A stretch of 64,000 nt of DNA from Amoebidium appalachense (taxonomy: Eukaryota > Protista > Ichthyosporea). Numbering within the stretch: the first letter of the stretch is position 1; every line of letters begins with the position of its first letter. The notes under the pieces were generated by a model, which worked only from the letters and a program-made list of their open reading frames with translations, did no database searches and was not told the DNA's origin. Location: NCBI GenBank assembly GCA_963693365.1, contig CAVNZM010000002.1, forward strand, positions 13,673,615 to 13,737,614. Reading direction: 5' to 3'. Made by a program: the position numbers and the translations under genes. Below are positions 41,931 through 52,757 of this stretch, piece after piece.

Positions 41931-42599
41931 CCGCCTGGGATACCCCAGCCCCCCCCCCCCCCCCCCGTCTGCTTCGGCCTTTCCCACTTCCTGCTTTTAT
42001 TTCCTTCCTGCCTTTCTGTCCTTCGATAGTTTCCTGCCCATCCATCCCCCCCCCCCCCCCCCCCCCCCTCCCCCCTCCCCCCCTCACCTCACACACACCC
42101 CTTCCCCCGGCACCTTTCGCGCACATTCACAATCGGCCCAATTATCCGTTCCGCTCCTTCCAAAGCTCCCCACTCCTCCCCCTCCCCCTCCCCCCTCCCC
42201 CCCTTTACAAACACACAACCAGATGCGCAGCCTACTCACGCACACGGTTTACTCCTTCTTCCCCTCCTCCTCCCCCCCCCCCCCCCCCCCCCCTCACCCT
42301 CCTCCCCCCCCCCCCCCCCCCCCCCCCCACACACACAGGGCAACAAGGATGGTGTTGGTGCACATGTAGACATGTTCTTTGGTGTCCCTGCCGGGGCCGA
42401 GGTTGCAGCCATCAGAGAGGTTCGGGCCGGGTCGAGTTTCGGGTCGTCAGAGACAAAACGGCTGCTGTTTGGCTGTGGGTCACATGACTCGGCGAATTTC
42501 CGCATCACGTGGCCATCCGGATTGGTCGAATATCATGCAGACCTCAAGGCTGGCTCCCTGCACACGGTATGCACACCTCATTGTAGGCCTTGTCCTGTC

Positions 42600-42630
<31 letters not shown>

Positions 42631-42682
42631 ATACACACCCCCACCCTGTCCCCATGCTCATCACTGCCATGTACACAATGCC

Positions 42683-42727
<45 letters not shown>

Positions 42728-44624
42728 TGCCCCACCGGACATACAGACACACATGTCGAAGGTGAAGAGGGAAAAAATATAACGGGGAAAAGAAGATCCC
42801 CTTTATGTGTTTCAACTGTCACCAAATATAGCCTCCCCCCTCCCTCCTTCCCCCCCCCCTTTCCCCCCCCCTCCCTGCCCTACTCTCCACAAACTCCCGT
42901 GTGGGATATGCACTACTCATGTACCCCTATTTTCAAAGGAAGATATCCCCATTTCGAATTTGTTTGTATCGCACACATCGCAGCCATATTGCCCAACTCC
43001 TGTGCATTGGCCTGCGCCTCCCCCCCCCTCCCCCCTCCCTGCCCCCCCCTCCACCCCCGGGCCCCATCCCTTTACTACTCTCCCTGCCCTCCCCTCATAC
43101 CCCTTTACCCCTTAACCCTCCCCCCCCCATGCCCCCCCCCCCCTCCCCCCCCCCCCCCCCCCCCCCCCCCCCTCTCGGTCTTACCCGGTTTCAACCCTTA
43201 CTGCCCCATTTTGCGCCAAACTCATCCCTCTCCCCCCCCCCCCCCCCCCCCCGCCCTTCTGACCTCCTTTTCCCCTTCCCCTCCTCTCTCCCACTCTCCT
43301 TCCCCCCTCCACCCCTTTTGCTCGCCCTCCCCTCCCCTCTCCCCCCCTCTCCCCCCCCTTTTTCCTCCGCTACACCCATACCCTCACAGCTCAAGGAAGG
43401 TCAAGGCCACATGTCCATTACCGACCGTCTGGCGGACTTTGCCAGAAGCACCTACCGTCTTCTATCAGGGAAACACGACTCCCAGGCACATGAGAAACTC
43501 ACCGCCGCTGACCAATCACAACCCACCGTTGCCATGGAAACGGCCCAGCAGGGTGGGTGGAAACCCGTCGCTTCTCGTGTTGTGGACGTGGCGCAAAAGG
43601 CAAAAGGTGCAGCAGGGGGGATCCTAGACAAAATTTCAGGCGAAAATTTGGAGGGGATCGATCTTCTACACGAAGACATGTACGGTGAAAACATTGGGAA
43701 ACGGGCAGGAAAATTAACTGAGGCTGTGAAAGAATCCGGAGGGGGGTTTTTGCACGGTGCCACGGAAAGAATTAAGGGCATGGTCGGGGGGGCCCATGAA
43801 ACCGTCCAATCAGGTGCATCCGATGCGTCTTCGATGGCGACGGATGCAACCGGGAAAGTGCAGTCGGTGGGGTCGGACATGAGCCAATCGGGTGCCTCAC
43901 TTGCTGGTCACGTGACTGATACAGCTGCCAGCATGTACACAAGGTATGGTAACCCCTCACACCCCCCTCCCCCCTCCTTTCCCCCCCCCCCCTTTCCCCC
44001 CTTCTCCTCCCCCCCCCACACACACTGTCTTTTCTCCCCTACAATACTTTCCTCCCCCCTCCCCCCCCTCCCCTCCCCTCCCCTCCCCCCCTCCAACAGG
44101 GGCTATGATAGAACCAGACTTGCTAATATGAGAAAGGGTTGGGGCAATAGGGGAAGATGTGTATTCTTATTACTTTTGGGGTGGTGGTGTGTGTGTGTGT
44201 TTGGGGGGGGGGGGGGGGGGGGGGGGTTGTAGGAAAAACTATGAGCTTGCCCATCTAAAGGCTCAGATGATGGGGAAGTTTGTGTGTGGAGAAAATAGAT
44301 TAATTGAACCTGATCCCCCCCCCCCCCCCCCTCATTTCCCTTTTCTCTCTCTCTCTCTCTCTCTCGCTCTCTCTCTCTCTCTTTCTCCCCCCCCCCCCCT
44401 CCCCCTCCCCCCCAGCTGCCCCCATTTCCCTCTCCCCTTGCCCCTTGCCCCTCTTCTTTCCCTCATCAAATTTTGCACACCTTCCTTCTCGCCCCCCTCC
44501 CTCTCACCCCCCCTTCCCCCCTCCCCCCCCCCCCCTCTTTCCCCACCTCCATACATGAATATTCGATGCACGTGCACACATATCCACACACTCCCTCTTC
44601 TCCCACGCACCATCCCCCTAACCC

Positions 44625-44655
<31 letters not shown>

Positions 44656-46343
44656 TTCCCCTCAACCCAAATAGGGCCATCGACAGTGCTATGAGTGGAA
44701 TGGAAGATGCCACCAACCGTGCAAGTTCATTGGCTGGCAAAGCCACCCAATCAGCTGCGGGCGCCTTGGAGTCTGCCACCAATTCGGGTGCTTCGATTGG
44801 CCAGGCCGCCACACACACGGCAAAGAGCCTGGGTGCTGCTGGTGTGTGCTCCCCCCCCCCCTATGCTCTTCTCTCTTGCTCTCTCTGCCTCCCTCCCTCC
44901 CTCCCTCCCTCCCTCCCTTCCTTCCTCCCTCCCTCCCTCCCTCCCTCCCTCCCTCCCTCCCTCCCTCCCTCCCTCCCCCCTCCCCCCCTCCCCCTCCCCC
45001 CCCCTCCCCCCCTCCCCTCCCCCCTCCCTCCCCCCCCCCCCCCTCCCCCCCCCCCCCCCCCCCCCTCCCCTCCCTCCCCCCCCCCCCTCCCCCCTCCCCC
45101 CCCCTCCCCCTCCAATCCCTCCCCTCCCCCCCCCCCCCCCCCCCCCTCCCTCCCTCCCTCCCTCCCTCCCTGTCCCTCCCCCCTCCGTCCCTCCCTCCCT
45201 TCCTCTCTGTCCCTCCCTCCCTCCCTCTCTCCCTCCCTCCCTCCCCCCCCCTCCCTCCCTCTCTCTCTCTCTCTCTCTTTCTCCCCCTCCCCCCCTCTCT
45301 CTCCCTATCTCTCTCTCTCTCCCTCTCTCTCCTCTCTCTCTCTCTTCCCCCCCCCCCCAACCCACCCTCCCCTCTCTCTCTTTCTCCCGCTCGCCCCTCT
45401 CTCTCTCTCCCTATCTCTCTCTCTCTCTCTCCCCCTCTCTCTCGTCTCTCTCTCTCTCTCTCCCCCCCCAATCCTCCCTCCCTCTCTCCCTCCCTATCTC
45501 TGTCTCCCTATCTCTCTCTCCCTATCTCTCTCTCCCTATCTCTCTCTCCCTATCTCTCTCTCCTGGCCTCCCCCCTCCCTCGCTCCCTCCCTCCCTCGCT
45601 CCCTCCCCTCCCTCACCCCCCCCCCCCCCTCCCATCCCCCCCCCCCCCCACCCCGGATCCCTACCCTCCTTCCCTACTTCCTCCTTTCCCCCCCCTCTCC
45701 CCCCCCCTCCCCCCTCCCCCTTCCCCCCTCCCTACCCTTTTTCCCCACTTCCTCCTTTCCTCCCCCCTCTCACCCTCTCCGCCCCTCCCCCCTCTCTAAT
45801 CCCCTTCCCCTTCTCCCCCCTCCCCTCCCCTCATCCACCATCTCTGCTCCCTCTCCCCCTCCGCCCCTCCCTCCCCTCCTCTGGCCCTGATCCTCGCTCC
45901 CTCCTCCCCTTTCCCCCTCCTTCCCCCCTCTTTACATCAGGTTTGCACGTAACTAGCTGAAGCCCGTTGCTCTCGATTGTATATTACGCTTCCAATACCA
46001 ATAATCCCTCCCCCCTCCCTGCCCCCCCCCCCCCCCCCCTCCTCCCCCCCTCCCCCCCCTCCCCTCCCCCCCCCCCCCCCCCCTCCTTTCCCGTACCCCT
46101 CGGCCTCCAGTGGCCTCTCCCCAGTGGCACTACCACCTTCTTTTCTCACCCCCCCTCACTTTTCCTCTCCCCTACTCCCTCCCCTCTGCTGCCCCCCCTT
46201 CCACCCCCCAACCGCCTCTTTTTCCCCTCCTTGTGTCTTGTCACCATCCCTACTGCTGCCCCCCCCCCCCCCCGGCCGCTCTCCACCCACCCACCAACCC
46301 TCCACCCACCCTCTAACCCACGACCCAGCCATTATCACCATCC

Positions 46344-46384
<41 letters not shown>

Positions 46385-49300
46385 AACAAAAAAAAAACAA
46401 AAAAAAAACCTCCTTTCTAACCACCCAAACATACAAACAGCCACGGATGCCGCCAAGGCTGTTGCCGATGCTGCTTTGCACGGGGCCGAATCAGCTGTGT
46501 CTTTTGGTGAGCAGGCAGGGGCTCACATGACCAAAGGCGTCATGTCTGCCGTTTCCTATGCCACCGATGCCGGAGCGACAGTCACACACGAGGTCAAGGC
46601 CGGGTTCTCGCACGCGACGGAAACGATTGGTTCGGGTGTTTCCATGGTAACCGAGGCGGCAGGTACCGGCGCATCTTACGTCACTGATGCCGTAAAGACC
46701 GGGGCAGAGTACGTGCGGGAAGGGGCGTCTGTAGTCACCGAGGGAGTCAAGGAAGCACCACATTTCGCTACTGACGCGGTGAAAACGGTGGTTTCTGCCG
46801 CTACACACGGCGCCTCCGTGGGCTCGGAAGCGGTGGTTTCGGGTGTATCTGCTGTTACACAGGTTGCAAAAGTAGCCGGAGAATACGCAACTGACGCGGG
46901 AAAAATGGCGACGCACGGTGCAGGAATGGGCGTTTCCATAGCGACTGAGGCGGGTAAAGTTGTTCTTACCGCGGCTGAACGAGCAACGGCGGGAGTTAAG
47001 GTGGCCGGGGAGTATGCGGGCGAAGCCGTCCAATCAGGTGCGTCGGTTGTGACTGATGTGGAAAAGACGATTGGCTCACTTGCGTCCGAGGCTACCCAGG
47101 CTGCCAAAACCGCTCCCGCACACGCCACAGACGCAGGAAAAGCGAGGTTTTCCATGGCAACGGATTACGGATCGTCGGTTACCGACACAGTGAAAAGCGC
47201 CGTAACAGCCGCCAGTGAAACTGCTGCACAGGCCACACGTGCAATGAAAGAGGCCGGAAGCCGTGCATCCGAAACGGTAACGGAGGCGGGTAAACAGGTG
47301 ACGGAAACTATGAGCACGATGGGGCAACAGACGACGGGAACGGGAAAGGGGATGCTTGATTGGTTGAAGCAGAAAGTGGGCATTGGTAGGCGGCCGAGCA
47401 AAACGGAGCAGGAGGCGCAGGAGATGGAACAAGGAAAGGTCGGTGGTGGAGACGTGAGCATGCACGTGGAATCCGCCCAGCCCGCTGCCGGCAGTCTGTC
47501 AAGCGCGGCCTCTGACGCCTACCAGTCGGTTTCCTCCGTCGTTACCGAAGCGGTCGAAACGGTGACGGACGCTGCGCACACGGCCACGGAGAAGGCCAAG
47601 GATGCTGGTTGCCAGGCAACAGATGAGGGTAAAGGAATGTACCACCGTGCAGGTGAAGCAGCGGAAGATCTCGCCTGCCAGGTTACGGAAACGGCAAAGA
47701 AGGTTGCGGCGGCGGTTGGCGAAGGGGTCCAAACGGCTACGGAAAAAGCGAAATCGCTCGTTGGCCACGGCGAAGCGCCTACCGACATCGCCCAATCGCA
47801 CGTCTCCCCCACCATCCACTTGCGCGTCACTGGCACCCTAGCGGCGGAGCCAGTTGTTGACCTTCCACCAATGAGAGAGGGCGGCGAGCGGATGGAGCCC
47901 GAGGCCCCTGCCGGCGGGGGTGGTTGGTTTGGCATTCCCGGTGCTGTTGCTATGGAAACAAAACCACGACGTACCGCGATTGGCGGAAACGAGGAAGACG
48001 ATTTTGTGGTGATTGAGACGGATGAGGAGCAGGAGCGCGACGAGTACGCGGAGGTGCCGGAGGCTGTTGTTGATGACGTTACAAGGGGGTCGGGTGGGAA
48101 AGATTACGTGACGCAGGGGTTCCAGCGCATGACCGATGCAATGGCCACCGCCGCTTCAAGCGTGACGTCATCAGCAAAGGAGATGATTGGTTCACTGGTC
48201 GGCAAGGCATCCGAGACCGCCCAATCAGCATCGGCTACCGCCACGGAGGCTGCAGGTGCGGCCGGGGACTATTTGCAAAGTGTCGCCTCCGATGCCAAGT
48301 CCATGGGTCATATGGCTATGCCTCATGCCACTAGCGGCCTTCATCACATGACGGGTGTAGCCGGCCAATCAGCCGCCAGTGCCACTTCGCAAATGGCAGA
48401 TGCTGCATCCTCATTGGCCGACGCTGCATCCACACACGTGGCCTCACCAGCAGTGGAAACGGCCTCCACCCTTTCGTCTGCGGCCGGGGACATGCTCACA
48501 CGTGCTACCGACGCAGCGAAATCCGTGGTGACTGAGGCCCCTGAGTCTGCGCGTTCTGCTGCCGCCCAAGCCACTTATGCCGCAAAATTGTCTGCGGATA
48601 GGGCTAAATCCGCACTTTCTACAGCATCGAGTATGGCCTCTGAGAGCGCCGCACATGCCGCCGATTACGCAACAACAAAGTTGAGTCGGGCCACGGATAC
48701 CCTCTCTCAGGCAACGGATTCGGCAAAATCCCTCGCAGGTGATTGGTCGCGGTCCATTGAGGCGGGCGCTGAGACTACGGCTTCCTCTGCGGCGTCTTTG
48801 GCTGGTGCAATTACTGACCAGGCGGGCACTGTGATTGGCCAACTAACGGACTCGGCGGCTTCTGGGATTGGCCAGGCATCAGATATGGCGGGCTCTGTGA
48901 TTGGTCGGGCAACTGAATCGGCGGCTTCTGTGATTGGCCACGTTACGGACGCAGCAGGCTCCATCGTCGGTAAAGCGTCTGATACTGCCGGATCTATCGC
49001 CGGGCAGGCTACAGAGTCAGCCCAATCAGCAGCTAGCGTGGCATCAAGTGCGATTCCGGAGGCCACCAGTTCGGCAGGGTCTGTCATTGGTCGAGCCACA
49101 GATACAGCGGCATCTGTGATTGGTCAGGCAGCCAAAAGCGCCCAATCAGTTGCAGAGTCGGTCACCGACACGGTCCAATCATCAGTGAGCGAGGCAACCG
49201 AAACAGCGTCTGCACTCTCCACCGAGGCCACTGCAACAGCGAAAGGTGTATGGCAACGGGTAAAAGAGGGGGTGTTGGGTGGTGCTGAATCCGCCCAATC

Positions 49301-51413
49301 CACTCTTTCGGATGCAACCGGTGCCGCCCAATCAGCTGCAAGCACCGAGAGCGTATCCGTGACTCAGTTGGCCGACGAGATTCTCACCGCAGTGTCCACA
49401 GTTATGGAACCAGTCGGTACCACGGCAGTGATTGGATTGGTGCCCGAAACCGAAATTGTCGCAGACGCAGCTAAAACGGCGGCTACCGAAGCAACGTCCA
49501 CAGTCGAATCAGCTGCGAGCGCCGCTTACGATACAGCCTCCTCATTGGCTAGTGAGGCAAGTGAGTCGGCGTCTTCCATCGGTACCCGTGCAACGGATGC
49601 GGCAAAGGTTGCTACTGAGTCAGTCAAGGGTATCTGGGGCATGATTACCGACAAGTTGGTTGGAGCAACAGATACAGCCGCTGAATTCGCCCAATCAGCA
49701 ACGGCAACAGCTTCTGATTTGGCAGCTGCGGCGACGGAAAAGGCAAAGGATGCCGTCTCCATGGCAACCGACGCCGGCGCCACGGTCACGGAGAAGGTCA
49801 AGGATCTTGGTTGCCAGGCAACAGAGGGGGGTAAAGCGGCCTACCACCAAGGGACCGAGGTCGCTTGCGCAGTTACCGACGCAGCAAAACATGCGGCAGG
49901 CACTGTTACCGAGTCTGCGAAATCCGTTATGTCCGTCGTTTCTCCCACACCCACCACCGTTGTTGCGGAAGATGAAAACGCGCCACCTCATCGCCACGAC
50001 GCGATCAACGAACCCCCCCATGTTCCCCACGAGCACCAACATATCGGTGGTGGCGCCGGCTGGTTTGGTTTTCAGGGGATAGGTGCGGAGGAGCTTCATC
50101 GCACCACGGAGCACGACAGTGGCCTGGAGAGGGAGCACGTGAGGGAGGTGGAGGAGGGGAAGGAGTTTGCGGAAGCTCGACCAATGGGTGAGCGGCTGGG
50201 TCACGTGACTGAAGCACCGGCCATCGTTCTGTCAGCGGCGAGTGAGGCGGCTGCGTCTGCATGGGAAACCGTTAAGAGTGTGGCGGGTGTGGCGGGCGGA
50301 TCGGCAATGTCAGCAACAGACGCAGCGAAAGAAACGGCGAGCAAATATGCGTCGGAGACGTTAGAGCCAATCACCAGCGGGATGGGTGATATGAGTCACA
50401 CGGCTACCCAACAGGCGAAGGAGTACTTGCATGGCGCCACAGATACAGCGTCGAGTGTTGTGGGTGATGCAGCCACACGCGTACAGGGAGCCACCCAATC
50501 AATTTCGTCGATCGCCGGCGACATCGCCCAATCGGCTTCAAGCATGGGCGAGTATGCTGCGTCCTCATTGGCTGATGTTACCGAGGGTGTTAAAGCCACA
50601 GCGTCGGATATGGGTGAATCCGCACGGTCGGTCGGGGAGAGAGTGACAGACACAGCCGGTTCCACATTCCACGAGGCAAGCAAGACAGCAGGCGCTGTAA
50701 CAGATTCCCTGGGTTCGGTCGTGGGTGCTGCTACGGAGAGTATTGCTTCAATGGCCAGCGCAGTTACGGAGGGGATTAAAGATTCGGCTGCAAAAGCGAC
50801 AGATTACGCCAAAGATGCCGCAGGTGCTGCCAGCCAATCCGCAGCGAGTGTCACGTCAAAGGCAGGCGATATGATTGGTCAAGCGACCGACTCAATTGAA
50901 TCCGCTGCACATCGTGCCACTGATACAATTTTGAGCAGGGGGGTCGATGTTAAGCAAAAGGCCAAGGAGAGGGCCGAGGAGGCTCTTGCCGCCCAGCAGC
51001 GCTACTACTCGAAAGTCAGCAGTGTTCGGTCCGAAGTTTATGCAACCCCCCCTTCCATCGCCATTGAAACCCCTCAAATTTCAACCACCGCCGCCGGCCA
51101 GGTCGTCACTGACTTACCCACCACCATTGAAGAGGTTCACCCTACACCCACCGCGACCCCCACCGGCTCAGGCACACCAATAGGTGGTGCTATGGACGCA
51201 ATGAAAATGGTGACGTCGGTGGGGCCCGAGGGGGGTCTAGGAGGTATTAGGCATGCGGTTGAGGAGGGGGTGGATGCCGTCAAATCGAAGTTGGAGAATG
51301 TGGCGAGTCACGTGATGGGTCGGGGGGGATCGGAGGGAGTAGAGGAGAAGGCAACACCTACACGGGAACCAACGGTTGGGCGTGGGACCCCCCTGGCTCA
51401 TGCTGAGCTGTGA
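32046..51413 (+). CDS. Giant putatively secreted protein (2456 aa): 7 FG-GAP Ca-binding repeats plus ASPIC/UnbV domain (CRTAC1-like) fused to a roughly 1,900-aa Ala/Thr/Ser-rich 11-mer repeat tail
   Basis: 19 phase-consistent exons: 32046-32129, 32978-33089, 33944-34057, 34342-34420, 35037-35109, 35582-35646, 36226-36335, 36911-36969, 37599-37751, 38304-38343, 38968-39155, 39982-40054, 40428-40540, 40949-41040, 41543-41636, 42339-42566, 43390-43943, 44675-44841, 46441-51413 (7371 nt, TGA). FG-GAP motifs: [63 protein letters not shown]. UnbV motif: GNKDGVGA...[11 protein letters not shown]...RLLFGCG...RITWPSG...LKEG. Intron 4 needs a GC donor. A probable 5'UTR intron ends at 32040. Confidence 0.85.
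39168..39370. repeat. Intronic minisatellite, four copies of ccctcccc(c/t)tt(c/t)gccttatag separated by poly-C
   Basis: Unit ends gccttatag at about 39193, 39259, 39314 and 39370. Confidence 0.85.
44850..45932 (+). repeat. About 1.1-kb almost pure polypyrimidine tract of (CCCT)n, (CT)n and poly-C in intron 18 of the giant gene
   Basis: Nearly devoid of purines on the + strand across the interval. Confidence 0.93.
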
Positions 51414-51510
51414 AAGTCTGCCTCTTTTTTGGTTTTGTATTGCTGTTGCATGTCATTCTCTTGCATAGTATTGATTGTAAGACTCAAGGACAAATATTTT
51501 GCGAGGGTTG

Positions 51511-51549
<39 letters not shown>

Positions 51550-52291
51550 CCTCCCTATTTCTGCAGGGGGCTTTTCGCCTGGGAGCAGGGGGATGGGAGA
51601 GGGGGTGGCGGGGTAGGAGGGGGGGCTGCTTCTAAATATTGGTCTCTACCATACAGATATTGAATTCATGCACACATGCACACGCTTTTGTGTCACGCGC
51701 GTACGTTCACACACACACAGTGAGGCATGCATACATGCACACACACGGATACCTTCACACACGAACCGTTGAAGACACAGAAACATAAACACAAACACCA
51801 AATACACATACACATACAATTGTATCTTGCACAAAATAAATGAATCGTTTTATGCACATTGAAATCAATTGCACCCGTGCACACGGTATGAACAAGAGCT
51901 CCATTTTCTTTATTTTATTTTATTTTATTATTTTTTTAATTGTTTTTTGCACTACAGCAGTGAGGTCTTTTTTGTTCGCTAGCCAGATAGGGGAAGGATA
52001 CAGCGATTAGTGGTATTTGTACGGTAACATTGTGTGGTCATTTGCGCAACTGATACACTCGGAGGATTACATCCAGAGAGAGTAAAATGTGAGTGCGTTC
52101 ATAGACTACCGATCTCCAAGTGTGCTTTGCCCATGAGCCCACACACCAAACTAGTTTTTGTTTGACACTTTCACTCATGCCCCCCCCCCCCCCCCCCCAC
52201 CCCCTTTTCCCTCCAATCCCCCTCCCCCCTTCCACCGCCCTCCCCATTTCCCTCCGTCCCCGGGCCCTATATATATATATCTCTCTCTCCC

Positions 52292-52330
<39 letters not shown>

Positions 52331-52480
52331 CCCATCCCCCCTAATATGCCCGCCTCTAATTGCCGATCATGCTGTGGATGTACTCTTCCTGCCTTATCTC
52401 CCCCCCCCCCCCCCCCCCCTTTCTTTCTTCCCCCCCCCCCCCCTCCCCCCCCCCCTTATGGCCGCCAAAAAAAAAAAAGA

Positions 52481-52604
52481 AAAGAAAGAAAGGGGTTCTC
52501 CTGTCGTGGTCCATATTGTCATTTCACACATTTCCCTTTTTTCTGTAAATTTATGTCATCGTCCCCCCCCCCCCCCCCCCCCCCCCCCAAACTGGGCGCC
52601 CCCC

Positions 52605-52640
<36 letters not shown>

Positions 52641-52715
52641 AAGAAAGGGGTTCTCTCCTCGTGGTCCATATTGTCATTTCACACATTTTCCGTTTTTCTG
52701 TAAATTTATGCCATC

Positions 52716-52717
<2 letters not shown>
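52481..52717. repeat. About 80-bp direct repeat, two copies, each preceded by poly-A and followed by poly-C
   Basis: aaagaaagaaaggggttctc...tcgtggtccatattgtcatttcacacattt...ttctgtaaatttatg(t/c)catcgt at about 52481-52562 and 52637-52717. Confidence 0.88.

Positions 52718-52757
<40 letters not shown>

Noticed and set aside
46491-51077. Multiple antisense ORFs over the giant exon
   Set aside because: These are shadow ORFs expected from GC-rich Ala/Thr/Ser codons; they carry no independent motifs.
46476-51413. Stand-alone 1645-aa gene as listed in the ORF track
   Set aside because: The listed start is a TTG. The frame opens at an acceptor at 46440 and is phase-compatible with upstream exons of the same composition, so it is treated as the last exon of the 32046-51413 gene.
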